A DNA stretch of 64,000 nucleotides, taken from a virus. A program made the translations under genes and the position numbers. The stretch lies in IMG/VR virus record IMGVR_UViG_3300042890_005556, one strand, 5' to 3'. Shown piece after piece: positions 9,685 through 20,762 of the stretch. How positions within the stretch are numbered: position 1 is the first letter of the stretch; the number at the start of each line of letters is the position of its first letter. The notes below the pieces were generated by a model. It was not told where the DNA came from. It ran no database searches and was given only the letters and a program-made list of their open reading frames with translations.

Positions 9685-11232
9685 AACCACGATCTCATTG
9701 GTGCCAATTCTATTAACAGCAGTAGGACTACTTTCCGAAGCTATGGTAGGCTCCGACAAGATATTATTGGCCGGACTAAACACATCTACATACAACACAC
9801 CGTCCACACTCTGAATAGCCTCGACCAAGCTACTAATATAAAATGACTGGCCCATCTCCCAATTAGCAATATCGAAATACGCAGTAATCATCGCCTCTGT
9901 TTTTTCCTTCACTACCGAAGCCTCAGCGCCCCTATTTAAAATAACATTAGCTTTCAAAGACACCTTTTTCATGCTGCCATCATGAATAACAACAGTATCA
10001 GTCATCACATTCAGAGTATTCACATAGGTCTCAAGACCCTTCTTAAGACCAGCACTAGGGCTTGATAAGCCATTTGAACCAAGAGCCAGAATATAAAGAT
10101 CAACAATGCTAGCTCTCAAACCAATCCTGGCTCCGGCAACAGCTTTAGCAACCGTTCCAAAAGCAGGGTGCGAAAAAGACTTGGCAGCTTGAGCATAATC
10201 CGCAGCCGTGACGATAGATCTTTGTAAAGCATAGTCTTTTGGTGCCCTTCTCTTTGCGTCCGCTAAACTCTCGCGATCAGTACCACCGACAGCAGCAGTA
10301 ATGTTCCGAAATCTTACGGATACCGGCGCGCTAGCTGGAGGATTAGCTCTCATCTGCTTCATAGTATCAAGCACAAAAGCACCAATCCGACCTCTCACAC
10401 CACCGCCTTTACGATAAGTCACAGTAATAACAGAGCCAATCTTTGGAGAACGACCAGTGATATCATCACCAAACTGAATAGTGATACCCGTCGAACTAAC
10501 AGTGACCTCAGCGACAGAATCATTCGGACCATATCTCTCAATAGGATCAAAAATCGGGGTATAGAAAGAAGCGACATTACCATAAACCACCTTGATAGTG
10601 ATAGGGCTATCAAGAATGTTAGTATCAGCAATGTTTAAAACCTGATTTGGGCCGCCAGCACTTATAACCGAATCACTAGTCCCAGTGACACCCTCAATAC
10701 CATAAGCTATCACACCACGTTTACCAGCTGGTATTACAATATCACCAGTAAAATCAAAAGGCGATTTGAAGACCTCATAATTAAGCAGGGTATTATTAGG
10801 GCCGTTGATGCTTAACATCAGACCACCCTGAATCTGAATATCAGTGAAAGACGGGTTGTCTATAGATACTTCGACATCAGTTATAGCAGGAGTGGCATTT
10901 CTAATCTTTTGGTTGATCAGAGCAAGATGGTTTATGACTGCCTGTTCTGACCTTGCAGTTGGTAAAGTCGATTCATTTGCAAGCAAATCCGCCCGAAGTG
11001 AAAGCTTAGCCACTATAGACGCCACAATTTCAGTTATCATCACAATGCCGTTACTAGCGACAAAGTCATTAAACTGATCAGGAAAATACGTAGCAATATA
11101 CTCATATATCGCTTTGCGAGAAGTATCGAAATCTAAGCCACTAAAATCGATCTTCCGAAGCGACGCTGGTGTTAATGCAACGCCAAACTGCTCTGGATTA
11201 GTGGGAAGATCAAAGTAAGTCATATCAGCCAT
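9646..11232 (-). CDS. baseplate wedge protein, T4 gp6 / baseplate J-like
   Basis: DFSGLDFD...FNDF...NESTLPTAR N-terminus, IQFGDDITG, GGTDRES...RSIVTAADY. Confidence 0.9.
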   Translation of the reverse strand: MADMTYFDLPTNPEQFGVALTPASLRKIDFSGLDFDTSRKAIYEYIATYFPDQFNDFVASNGIVMITEIVASIVAKLSLRADLLANESTLPTARSEQAVINHLALINQKIRNATPAITDVEVSIDNPSFTDIQIQGGLMLSINGPNNTLLNYEVFKSPFDFTGDIVIPAGKRGVIAYGIEGVTGTSDSVISAGGPNQVLNIADTNILDSPITIKVVYGNVASFYTPIFDPIERYGPNDSVAEVTVSSTGITIQFGDDITGRSPKIGSVITVTYRKGGGVRGRIGAFVLDTMKQMRANPPASAPVSVRFRNITAAVGGTDRESLADAKRRAPKDYALQRSIVTAADYAQAAKSFSHPAFGTVAKAVAGARIGLRASIVDLYILALGSNGLSSPSAGLKKGLETYVNTLNVMTDTVVIHDGSMKKVSLKANVILNRGAEASVVKEKTEAMITAYFDIANWEMGQSFYISSLVEAIQSVDGVLYVDVFSPANNILSEPTIASESSPTAVNRIGTNEIVVLDSRETNYYYEK

Positions 11233-11235
11233 CTA

Positions 11236-11616
11236 TCATCCCCCAGAAACAAGTCTATCAATTGTGATGTACAGATTCGGGCTAACCTTAATCTGAGCCA
11301 CCAAAAAAATCCTGAGTTCATTTGTATTATCGGTGGCGGTCAGATTTAGCTTAACCACATTGACACGAGGTTCATGAGTCTTAATGGACTCACTGATACT
11401 ATCTCTAATGGCTAAAATCTGACGACTATCTAGCTGCTCAAAAATCGAAGACCTCAATATCGTACCGAATGTTGGCCTGAAAACCCTCTCGCCAGGCACA
11501 GTCAGTAACAATTGAAGCAGGTCATTCTTAATTAGCTGCTGATCCTCTTGCCTAGATAGGATGCCATTAGGACCGCCATAGAACGCTGGGTTAAACCCGT
11601 AGAGTAACGCACTCAT
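11236..11616 (-). CDS. baseplate wedge / sheath initiator, gp25-like
   Basis: LLLTVPGERVFRPTFG...IFE...HEPRV signature. Confidence 0.92.
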   Translation of the reverse strand: MSALLYGFNPAFYGGPNGILSRQEDQQLIKNDLLQLLLTVPGERVFRPTFGTILRSSIFEQLDSRQILAIRDSISESIKTHEPRVNVVKLNLTATDNTNELRIFLVAQIKVSPNLYITIDRLVSGG

Positions 11617-12317
11617 TTTAACAACGCTCCTAGTGATCTCAAAGCATCGGTTTCGGAAGACACTTGTAACTGAAGAGCAGCAATCTCGCTATTTAGATTT
11701 CCCGCAATGATTATATTAGCAGACAGATCTAATTTCAGTTTCTCGATGTAACTGGTCAGTGCTCCGGTGCTATTTGCCAGCTCCAAGGCAGCTATAGCCT
11801 TGGTTGTATCGCTATTTTGTTTAGTCAAATTCAAGAGTGCAACGTTTTTGTTTGCTGCTTGTCTTTTCAGATCATTGATGGCTGTGGTCTTAAGATCAAA
11901 GCTTGATTGAATCGCTTGATTGATAACAGTAACGTCTGTTTCTTCTAGGCCAAGTTTTATAAAATCAAGATAATACAGATTATGGCTGAGATCAGAGACA
12001 TCTGACGTTATCTTATCAGCGTAAATCGCCGTGTCAATATCGCCGAACTCTAGTATCTGCCCAACTTCGTATATCTTCTGACCAGACTGAACATTATTAC
12101 CTTTGGCAGTTGAAATAGTGAATACCAAATCACCCAACTTGGTTCTATTGATTTCTAAACCATCAATTTGCCTGATTTCTTCGCCAGTTGGTATGGTTAT
12201 AAAAAAGATGCTTGATCTAGATGGCGCATTATTGCTTATGTTATACGTTATATTAGTGCTAGCCAAAAATGTCGGCAACTGATCATAATATAATCCTGTT
12301 GGATACTTGATGATCAT
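11613..12317 (-). CDS. hypothetical baseplate-region protein with C-terminal coiled coil
   Basis: 234-aa ORF translationally coupled between the spike and gp25-like genes. Confidence 0.6.
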   Translation of the reverse strand: MIIKYPTGLYYDQLPTFLASTNITYNISNNAPSRSSIFFITIPTGEEIRQIDGLEINRTKLGDLVFTISTAKGNNVQSGQKIYEVGQILEFGDIDTAIYADKITSDVSDLSHNLYYLDFIKLGLEETDVTVINQAIQSSFDLKTTAINDLKRQAANKNVALLNLTKQNSDTTKAIAALELANSTGALTSYIEKLKLDLSANIIIAGNLNSEIAALQLQVSSETDALRSLGALLK

Positions 12318-14434
12318 ATTGGGTGCTCTATATCTTCCCTTGGTGCTGTATCAAAAGGACTATTGTATGTTTTAGCACGATCACCAGGGGATAATTTAGT
12401 ATACTCTGATTTACCCAGACCAAAGACATTGTTCGCACCGGGATCTCTTCGGAACAATTCAGCATGAACCTCAGAATCAGTTCTTACAAAATCCTGTATA
12501 GTGACCCTGGCGCTGCTAGAAGACAGATTAATAGCAGCTCCAGACTTTAAATTGAGATTACCACCAGCCTGCAGATTTAGATCACCACCGGCAATAATAT
12601 TGATAGCATTAGCGCAAAAAATCTCGACAGTACCATCTACCTCATTGTTTTGTATGACTATCTTATGAGAAGTATCGTCCAGAATCTGAAACATACTGCT
12701 GGACCTACCAGATCGCCAAACACCGAGAGATAGCTTCTTGCTAAACCAAAAACCACGCTCCTGACAATCCACCAACTCAACCCACGGACCATCACCACTA
12801 CTACCATCCCTAGCCTCAAGACCCTGATTTGCTTCACCAGCATCAACGCCAGAGATCTCCACGGGCTTGTACGGAGCATTCCCCTTACCAGCTCTAGTCT
12901 TAAGCCTAATGTACTCATTGTCAAGATCTAATTTTAGGTGGTGCGATCCAGTCTCAGCATCAGTGGACATGATCGGCTTTCCGATAAATTCATTTTCTTT
13001 TATGCCTTGGTGTGACATTGGCCATTCCTGTCCGAGCCTTGTCGACATCATCATATATTGGTGTTTATCGTTGATCTCAATTGTTTGGCCTAGTGGAGAA
13101 CCCCATGTGCTATGATTTGTGCTATCGTTTTCATTGAATTCGAAATAATACCCTATCTCTGTCGCATCGTCATTACCTCTTTGGCACCCTGCATATCTTC
13201 TGCCCTTCATTAGTATGCCATTACCGGTAGGATCTGGCTTTAGTTCAGATTCCTTAGAGTCGCTGCCACGGTCATCTAGGACTATTTTATAGCCGTGTCT
13301 TGTGACGAGCCTCATGAATCTAGCGTCTTTGGCTTTCCAGTATTCATCTTCTTTTTCTGTCTTAGTACCCACCTCATCCAGCAAGAATCTTTTGACGTAA
13401 TTGTCTTCTTGAGGATCGAAGCCTTTATCATATGCTTGGAATAGCATACCGCCTTTGGTTCTTATTTTTATCCAACGCTGGTCCTGCTCGGTCTCTCGTG
13501 AAACATAGGCAGCTTCACCATATTCTGGCCTGCATTTAGAGTCTACGGGGCCGGGTTGAGCCCAACCAACATCGCGGCATTCTATCTTGTGACCGTACCT
13601 TGTTAGAGACTCTATGCGACGCTGGTCTGTTCCCGGCTCTCCAGTCTTTGGATGGTCTTCATTCAATAGCTTCTGCAAATACAAATATCGCTTAATCTCA
13701 GTTATCCTGTCTTTATCTTGATCGTTGGTGATTTCACCAAAGTCACCGTCTTTCTTCCAGGTATAGCCCTGGTCACCCATTATATGAATATGACCGTACC
13801 GTGTGGCTCTCACAAGATACTTTTTGTCTGGGTCGTTTTCGATGGGTGCTGTGGTCGAAGTCGCTAATATTGATTTCGCGCCTGGGTCTAATTCAATTGG
13901 CGGCGGGGATATTTCATGTTCTTTTGGGAAGTATCCGATGCTCGATGAGTAATCGATATTACCATATCTGTCTTGGTATCCATACGACATCGGCCTCCCG
14001 TCCTTAGGAAGATAGGCGACATCGTAGTCTTCAAAAGCCTTCCTCTGACCCCTACTATCATATGATAATGGTGTTATACTTGAGACCCGTGCTAACGGGT
14101 AATAGCCTCTTAATGTTGGTGTAGCATGTCCGATCCATACAGGACCGTATGGGTGCTGCTTTTCAAATTCGATCCAAACCCAGTCGCCTATACAAGGCAT
14201 AGCGAATTCGCCAGAGTTAACCCCACCAAGCCTGGAAGCTGATGAAGCCCATGGACATTCTTCTGGCTTTAAGTCAAAGTCATGGAGTTCTGGACACTTA
14301 AATCTTATTCTGTTCATGCATAATGGATCGTTAGTCTCTGCTACTTGTGCTCTATATATGCCTGGGAATCTTACCCCTAGTGGCTTGTGTCTATCTTCGA
14401 AAAATCGACCCCAGACCACGCTTGCTACGTCCAT
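12314..14434 (-). CDS. central spike protein, gp5/VgrG-like
   Basis: OB-fold motif GIYRAQV..NDP...RIR..CP...PWA...P.IGDWVWIEFE...PVWIG; repeated TRxGH units; C-terminal INIIAGGDLNLQAGGNLNL beta-helix. Confidence 0.85.
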   Translation of the reverse strand: MDVASVVWGRFFEDRHKPLGVRFPGIYRAQVAETNDPLCMNRIRFKCPELHDFDLKPEECPWASSASRLGGVNSGEFAMPCIGDWVWIEFEKQHPYGPVWIGHATPTLRGYYPLARVSSITPLSYDSRGQRKAFEDYDVAYLPKDGRPMSYGYQDRYGNIDYSSSIGYFPKEHEISPPPIELDPGAKSILATSTTAPIENDPDKKYLVRATRYGHIHIMGDQGYTWKKDGDFGEITNDQDKDRITEIKRYLYLQKLLNEDHPKTGEPGTDQRRIESLTRYGHKIECRDVGWAQPGPVDSKCRPEYGEAAYVSRETEQDQRWIKIRTKGGMLFQAYDKGFDPQEDNYVKRFLLDEVGTKTEKEDEYWKAKDARFMRLVTRHGYKIVLDDRGSDSKESELKPDPTGNGILMKGRRYAGCQRGNDDATEIGYYFEFNENDSTNHSTWGSPLGQTIEINDKHQYMMMSTRLGQEWPMSHQGIKENEFIGKPIMSTDAETGSHHLKLDLDNEYIRLKTRAGKGNAPYKPVEISGVDAGEANQGLEARDGSSGDGPWVELVDCQERGFWFSKKLSLGVWRSGRSSSMFQILDDTSHKIVIQNNEVDGTVEIFCANAINIIAGGDLNLQAGGNLNLKSGAAINLSSSSARVTIQDFVRTDSEVHAELFRRDPGANNVFGLGKSEYTKLSPGDRAKTYNSPFDTAPREDIEHPI

Positions 14435-14760
14435 CAGTCATTTTCTCCAGCAATGCCAGTCTGTACAACTGAGCGTATAGGGTACTTTAATTGCAGACCC
14501 GTTGGTGGCCAATTAAGTACGTCAGTCACGTTATTGAATGCAATCAGAACCCAATCAAAGTATGGTGTGCCGTATAGCATATTACTTATTAGATCCGGCC
14601 TTCCATTGTGATTGGATTGGACCACATATGTTTTTACATAGTCACTAGAAAGAGTCTTAGACAAAAAACTCGGTGGTGTCCATGTATCAACTGTTTCTAC
14701 GTTGTCAAATATGACTGCCTCTGTACGCCTGAAGCGTGAATAGCTATTGAATTTCATCAA
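14434..14760 (-). CDS. baseplate wedge protein, gp53/LysM-like
   Basis: GRPDLISNMLYGTPYFDWVLIAFNN motif. Confidence 0.85.
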   Translation of the reverse strand: MMKFNSYSRFRRTEAVIFDNVETVDTWTPPSFLSKTLSSDYVKTYVVQSNHNGRPDLISNMLYGTPYFDWVLIAFNNVTDVLNWPPTGLQLKYPIRSVVQTGIAGEND

Positions 14761-15317
14761 TACCAGCTTTCTTGTGTTCCTGCGTCACTCTCAAGACCGT
14801 TTTTTGGTTCGCTTCCTTGGGATAGCGGCAAGTAGTTCCACCATAGCACCAGGTCGAAGGACACGTCAGTTCTTAGTGGATGTACGTCACTACCTTCCCC
14901 AACATATCTGTCGCTATGCTTAATATTCAAATTTCTCATGAAGAAAGTCGTTTCGCCATCACCACCCATATTCCAAAATTTTGCTAAAATCCCAGACTTT
15001 TCAGTAGCGATTAAATCTTTTATATTAAAAAAATACGCTCTGAAATACTGCACAGCTCTCCTAACAGACCCAACTGTCCACAAATCACCATCTACAATAT
15101 AGCTAGTCTCTATAGAGTAATATCTCTCATTTGGTCCAGCAAACGTGAAGGAAGGGTATATTCCCATTATTTTCGGACCCTCATCTTTAAAATCACCAGA
15201 CATTGAATTAGCAGTGATTTTAGGCGGAAATTGGAACTCCTGCTGAGGGCCACCCGGCCACTTCAAGACAAAAGATGATGCGAGTTCAAGATCTTGTGAT
15301 GCATATCGCATTGCCAT
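14757..15317 (-). CDS. tail-tube initiator / baseplate protein (gp48/gp54-like)
   Basis: Position between TMP and LysM genes; FQFPPKI...R...P.RTDVSFDL tube-like fold pattern. Confidence 0.55.
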   Translation of the reverse strand: MAMRYASQDLELASSFVLKWPGGPQQEFQFPPKITANSMSGDFKDEGPKIMGIYPSFTFAGPNERYYSIETSYIVDGDLWTVGSVRRAVQYFRAYFFNIKDLIATEKSGILAKFWNMGGDGETTFFMRNLNIKHSDRYVGEGSDVHPLRTDVSFDLVLWWNYLPLSQGSEPKNGLESDAGTQESWY

Positions 15318-15318
15318 G

Positions 15319-18300
15319 TTAGCTCACCCATGCATTGTAACTGGTGGAGACACTTTGACGGTTTCTCAGTTCGACTAATTGCTCATCCATTATACTGATC
15401 ATTTTGTCACCTAAGATGCTACTTTGTTTTTTCATCTCTGACAACTCATAAAGCATAGCAGCCAGAACGTCTTTTTCTCCAGAATTCTGAGAATCTGTCG
15501 TACCACCCTCAGTTCTGGTGGTCGTTTTGACATTTTTTATTGGCTCAGCTGCAGCACCTAACTTAGGAGATAAGAAGCCAGCTAATATGGCTTTGAAAGG
15601 ATTAGAAGACAAGTCGAATATAGCTGTGTTCAGTCTCTCTACTGAAGCTGTTATCCTGTCGATCGGGTCTATTATCAGACTTGCGGAATCAGTAAGACTC
15701 GTACTCCCCTCTGCCAACACCTGCGATAGTTGGCCAATAATGCTGGAATCTACCGACCCAAGGCTAGTGAACGCTGCAAATCCGGCAGTAATAGAGTCAC
15801 CGGCGCTCTTTAATGCATCACCTATAGCACTCAGCACAAGAGACTGTTGAAGCATTACATTCAAGTCGAACGCATTGAGGAAGCCATCCAATGCCGTCAA
15901 TACGCTCTTACTCGTCACTACGGCTTCAGCCGCCCCAGCTATGTCAGCGACAGCAGCGACCATTATCTTGCTGCCCTCTGATATATCGGTCATTAACTTT
16001 CTGTATTTCTCTCCGAATTCGACTGGAACATTGGTTGCTGATAGGACACCCATGTCGCCACTTATCTTATTAACATCAAGTTCAGCATCGCCACCTAGAC
16101 CGAACCATCCTGCTATGGTCTTCGCTGCTCCAGCTATCAGTTTCGTTATTGGGTTGTTCATAAACCCTTCGTACAATCCACTAATAATGTTACCACCGAT
16201 TTCAGCCATTTTTGTTGACGGTGAAGCAATCCCAAATAGACTCAAGATTCTACCAGCTGTGTTATCATAAATCCATTGTCCAAGATCAGCAAGGCCGCTA
16301 AAAACACTCTTAACACCTTCTATTAGACCATATATCAAATTCATGCCAATATCGGCCATTACCTTAGATGGCGAAGCATATCCCACTGCTCTCATAAACC
16401 TTCCTATGGTGTTATCGACCAGCCATGAAATAAGCTGGACAAGCACACGACCAGCAGCCTTAACCCCCTCGACCAAGCCATATACTAAAGCAGACCCGAT
16501 CATGTAAGCCCCATCAATAATCATGCCAGGCAGATCAGCTAAAAACTGTATGATACTGTCTTCGATGTACTCCATCGAGCTTAGCCATGTTTTAACTATA
16601 TCAAGGAAAGAAAGATCCTGCATCTTAGAAAAGAATCCTACAACAGATTTATAAACGCTGTCAAATGCAACACTTATGCCATTTATCACCCATTGTACAG
16701 TCTCAAAGCTCATGAGGTAATCGTAGATTAGACCAAGAGCTTCGATCCAAGGAGAGACCAATTCATCAATTATCCATGACATCCAATCATATACAGCAGA
16801 TAATTGTTCCGCTAGCCACGGGAAAGCTATATCCGCAAGATAGACTATTAATTTACCAATCTCCATAAATCCTATAATCATTCTCTTAATTATCAAGTAG
16901 AACGGCGCTATTACTACGCTTAATGCTATCAAAATAATCTTCGCCAGTGTTTTGAATGCTGTCCATAAGGCATCAACGACCTTGCAAGCAGCATTAAAAC
17001 CGACCATAAGATAACCACCAAGTACCTTCAGCCCACCATACACATAATCGACCACGCTTCGCACCGACTCAAACCGCTCATAAAGCTTATAAACAGCAGC
17101 AGCTGCAAGAATCAACCATCCAATAGGTCCAAAAAGAATGCCAAGAGAAATAGCAAGAGCAACCACAGCTACATCCATAATCTTCAAGTTACTCACGAAC
17201 TGCTTAATGGCCGGAATGATCTTATCAATAATGAACCTTACAAACGACAAACTCTCAGCCCATTCGATCAGCAGTTTTACCTGCTCCCAAACCTCCTGCC
17301 CATACGTGACCAGATAAGTCCCGAACACCTTTAACTTGTCATAAAGATACTGAACTGCATCCCCAACACTGTCGAACTTATAATAAAGAATAGTAAGAGC
17401 TGCAACCACCGCTATGACCACCAAGACATATGGGCTTAATAATGCGCTACCAAAAGCTAACGCCGCATTAAAAGCACCCAAGGCAATAGTACTCAGACTT
17501 GTAGCCCCTGTAAAGATACCCATCACTGCACTAGCGGCACTAACTATAACGTTTCTAACGAGGATGGCTGCATTGTATAAAACCGCTCTTACCGTAGCCA
17601 AACGTTCCGTTAATCCTAGCTCCTCTATAGCTGCCCTAAACGTGGCGACACTAATCCTAGCTGATACTACAACGCTTGCCAGAGAAAGCAGAGCGACACC
17701 AGCCAGAACCACCCCCGCCATAAAAATCCGGACCATCTTGGCTGTGACACCATTGCTTTCGCCAAATTTTCTTAATTGGTTTCCCAACCTCTCGACCACA
17801 GCAGTGATCGGTTTTAACACAAAACTTACAGCTTGGAATATATCATAAAGACCCTTGCCAAGAACACCATTAAGCAATCCAAAGAAAGCGTTAATCCTAG
17901 TTCTAAGCATGCCGATTTGGCCGGTCAAAGTCCCCATTGATTCTGTGAAATCGCTAGCAGCCTGCTCGGCCTGCTTGATCTTCATAAAATCTTCAACTGC
18001 TTTTAAATCGTTCTTATTTAGTTTTCCAGATTTCGCAGCCTTGTCTAATTCAGCGTTCAGTCTCAATTGTGCGTCAACTTGCTTTTCCGTTAAGCCAGTC
18101 ATACCGGCCACAGCTTTCATTTGCGCTTTGACACGTAAAGCTTCCGCCGGGCTGTCTTTAGCTTTTTCTAAATCCTCAAGCGTCAGCCCAGCAGTCTTGG
18201 CCGCTTTAGCAATGAGCATAGGCATCGCAGTAAGTCTATCTTCTGGCGTCTTCAAAGATATGCCTAATTGCTTTGCAAATGAGTCAAATAATACCATCTT

Positions 18301-19392
18301 TTGGGGGTCTAAGGCCACTTTTAATGACGCGGCCATTTCATCAGCATCAGCACCTATACTCTTGGCAAAGCCTTTGAAAATAAGTTGAGACTGTTTAAAA
18401 ATCTCCATCGATGTGACAAGGTTACCATTGGAATCCCTTGTACGTCCAGCAAGTCTACCAAAAGATATCTCTAAATCAACAACGGATACGGATGTATCAT
18501 TTAAAACACTAGCCACATCTTCCGAATTGAGCCCATACTTCCTCATAGCATCAGCGCTATAACCCATTATACGGTTAAATGATTGAGTATCACCGCCAGC
18601 GAATCTGTTTTGTCTGCTGAATTCTGCTAACTGTGTGATACCGACACCAAGATACTGATTGGCCTTTAAAATGGAGTCACCAAGTTCGACCATCTGTTCT
18701 TTTGGCATCGCCAAGTTACCCAGCGCCTGAACTACTTCATATGCCTTCTCAGATGCAATGCCAGTGGACAATGCTAATTGCCTTGAAGTCGCGACCAAGC
18801 CAGTTTGAGTGTCATAAAGCCTAAAATTCGTAGTCACAAAATTCTGAGTCGCTTTATCAGAATCTACGATATTTCTTAATATTGACAGACCGACTTGGCG
18901 AAACCCGTCAAAAGCAGCTCGCAGACGCATAGCGCCTTCTATCTGATCATCGATTTCTTCAACAGCCGATTTTAGATTAGAGTTTACTTCTTTCGATATA
19001 TCAACGTCATTCTGTAAGAGTTTATTCTGCTCTAAGTGGCCTTTGTTTTTAGTCTTTACAGCAGCGTTTAAAATTACTGCTTCTTTGTTAATATCCTTAA
19101 ATGTTTTTAAGTCTTTTTCTTCCAGCGATATCGGCTTTGACTTCCTGGCGACTTGAAGATCTTTAGTCTGTTTACCGAATAGCGAAAATATCTTGTTAAC
19201 ATCTTTAAAAGTAGTCAGACTGTTGCTGCCCAAGTTAGAAATAGTACCAACAGCTTTTTTAACGCTACTAGAAACCGTTCCTTCTAAATTTATGAACTTC
19301 TTTGATATATCGTCAATCGCGTTATCAGCCAAACCGCGTTCAAGATTGAGTTGCATTGTCAATGCAGCTACTGTCGGGTCAATCTCAGGCAT
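15319..19392 (-). CDS. tape measure protein
   Basis: 1357 aa, helical and Ala/Leu-rich, hydrophobic middle, periodic aromatic repeats, two G(Y/I)ASPS motifs; within the tail module. Confidence 0.88.
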   Translation of the reverse strand: MPEIDPTVAALTMQLNLERGLADNAIDDISKKFINLEGTVSSSVKKAVGTISNLGSNSLTTFKDVNKIFSLFGKQTKDLQVARKSKPISLEEKDLKTFKDINKEAVILNAAVKTKNKGHLEQNKLLQNDVDISKEVNSNLKSAVEEIDDQIEGAMRLRAAFDGFRQVGLSILRNIVDSDKATQNFVTTNFRLYDTQTGLVATSRQLALSTGIASEKAYEVVQALGNLAMPKEQMVELGDSILKANQYLGVGITQLAEFSRQNRFAGGDTQSFNRIMGYSADAMRKYGLNSEDVASVLNDTSVSVVDLEISFGRLAGRTRDSNGNLVTSMEIFKQSQLIFKGFAKSIGADADEMAASLKVALDPQKMVLFDSFAKQLGISLKTPEDRLTAMPMLIAKAAKTAGLTLEDLEKAKDSPAEALRVKAQMKAVAGMTGLTEKQVDAQLRLNAELDKAAKSGKLNKNDLKAVEDFMKIKQAEQAASDFTESMGTLTGQIGMLRTRINAFFGLLNGVLGKGLYDIFQAVSFVLKPITAVVERLGNQLRKFGESNGVTAKMVRIFMAGVVLAGVALLSLASVVVSARISVATFRAAIEELGLTERLATVRAVLYNAAILVRNVIVSAASAVMGIFTGATSLSTIALGAFNAALAFGSALLSPYVLVVIAVVAALTILYYKFDSVGDAVQYLYDKLKVFGTYLVTYGQEVWEQVKLLIEWAESLSFVRFIIDKIIPAIKQFVSNLKIMDVAVVALAISLGILFGPIGWLILAAAAVYKLYERFESVRSVVDYVYGGLKVLGGYLMVGFNAACKVVDALWTAFKTLAKIILIALSVVIAPFYLIIKRMIIGFMEIGKLIVYLADIAFPWLAEQLSAVYDWMSWIIDELVSPWIEALGLIYDYLMSFETVQWVINGISVAFDSVYKSVVGFFSKMQDLSFLDIVKTWLSSMEYIEDSIIQFLADLPGMIIDGAYMIGSALVYGLVEGVKAAGRVLVQLISWLVDNTIGRFMRAVGYASPSKVMADIGMNLIYGLIEGVKSVFSGLADLGQWIYDNTAGRILSLFGIASPSTKMAEIGGNIISGLYEGFMNNPITKLIAGAAKTIAGWFGLGGDAELDVNKISGDMGVLSATNVPVEFGEKYRKLMTDISEGSKIMVAAVADIAGAAEAVVTSKSVLTALDGFLNAFDLNVMLQQSLVLSAIGDALKSAGDSITAGFAAFTSLGSVDSSIIGQLSQVLAEGSTSLTDSASLIIDPIDRITASVERLNTAIFDLSSNPFKAILAGFLSPKLGAAAEPIKNVKTTTRTEGGTTDSQNSGEKDVLAAMLYELSEMKKQSSILGDKMISIMDEQLVELRNRQSVSTSYNAWVS

Positions 19393-19442
19393 ATCTACAG
19401 TCTCCTAATAATATATTTAAGCTTGAATCATCATTTTGCCTT

Positions 19443-20762
19443 TCAGAACACGGGAGGACCGGCTTTGACAGCACTAGCATCCTGGTCAGGCCGACTGATG
19501 AAGAGCTCCGTATACCACTTTCCAGCGTAGAGTTTTTGTCGGAACCCATACACAGTCCAATAACCATACATCCAGTATTCAGTATCGTCATCGCTCCTGG
19601 AAATAGCCCGCTGCCAATTCATGAAGATGACATCAGTGCCAAGCCCATACGTATCAATGTACTCACCGTGTCCCATCACTTTAACTCTCATCTTTACAAC
19701 TGAGTAAAGCATATTCAGATATTGATTTTTACCACGACCATCGATATAATCACGGTAATCAAGCCCTAAATCACCAGAAGTGTAATACTCTGGTATTGGC
19801 ATCACATGGGTGCCCCCGTATATTGGAGGACCATCGGGTGGCCCATCTAGCGGCTTTTTAAAACTATGGTCGACTTCTATAACTGGAATGATTTTCTGGG
19901 TGGTAGTTGCGTCTTTTGCTACTGTGTAGACCTCTTTAGGATCTGTGATCTTATCAATATATTCACCGGTCGTGGCACTCGTGCCGTATGAAAAAATCTT
20001 AACAGCCGCGAGTTTCAGAGCATTATTGGTCTCTGTGACCGCTTCCATGACCATCTCGTATTTTTCATCAGTCTGCCTCTTGTAAAAACCACGCAGTCTT
20101 GGTTTGATACTACCTTGGTCACTAATCTTTAATTTCTTCCCATCCACTTGTACTATCCAGTTGGTCATTGTTTTATTCAGAGGCACAGACCATTCGAGGA
20201 GAGACATTAAAAAGGTCTTGGCATCCTGTCTCATCATGTAGTGGCGGTTTGCTTCGCTGTCTTTGGTCTTGTCGATTTCTAATTTTATCTCTGGCGCGTA
20301 TTTCTTAACGACTTGTTGAATTACTTGATCAACTCTACCTTTGTATGATTTCCCGCTGGCATCACCGAGATTTAAGTAGTAAGACGCTGGGTCTATTGCT
20401 ACGACTTTACAGTATATTCTATCATCTGCAGGAGTAGTGAACTCAAAGTGGGTAATAATAGCTTCTTGTACTTTAGTCATTTCCTCTGGCACACGCCAAG
20501 AATCTCCCGGTCCAGATCTAAATCTAAAATAGACATAAATCGGCTCTTTGCGAGCTGATTGCATATATTCAGTCTTTTGAAAATTCGACAGCAATCTCTG
20601 CTCTGGGTCTGAGATGTTAGCTTCGAGAACATACCCAGAGTTCATCATCCCCATCATTTCCATATTATTAACCGCGAACCCCCAATCTATGCCATCCGGA
20701 TCGTTGCTAAATTTAAGATATACCGTTGGCATCGCTGCTGAATAAGGAACTGGTGCGGCCAT
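19443..20762 (-). CDS. baseplate hub protein, gp27-like
   Basis: 439 aa next to TMP; GKSYKG..QVI..V, C-terminal G.WTV....QKL..GKWYTEL pattern of hub proteins. Confidence 0.65.
   Translation of the reverse strand: MAAPVPYSAAMPTVYLKFSNDPDGIDWGFAVNNMEMMGMMNSGYVLEANISDPEQRLLSNFQKTEYMQSARKEPIYVYFRFRSGPGDSWRVPEEMTKVQEAIITHFEFTTPADDRIYCKVVAIDPASYYLNLGDASGKSYKGRVDQVIQQVVKKYAPEIKLEIDKTKDSEANRHYMMRQDAKTFLMSLLEWSVPLNKTMTNWIVQVDGKKLKISDQGSIKPRLRGFYKRQTDEKYEMVMEAVTETNNALKLAAVKIFSYGTSATTGEYIDKITDPKEVYTVAKDATTTQKIIPVIEVDHSFKKPLDGPPDGPPIYGGTHVMPIPEYYTSGDLGLDYRDYIDGRGKNQYLNMLYSVVKMRVKVMGHGEYIDTYGLGTDVIFMNWQRAISRSDDDTEYWMYGYWTVYGFRQKLYAGKWYTELFISRPDQDASAVKAGPPVF

Noticed and set aside
15518-18388. Several 110-177-aa plus-strand ORFs
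   Set aside because: Fully antisense to the tape measure gene, with no SD or recognisable motifs.
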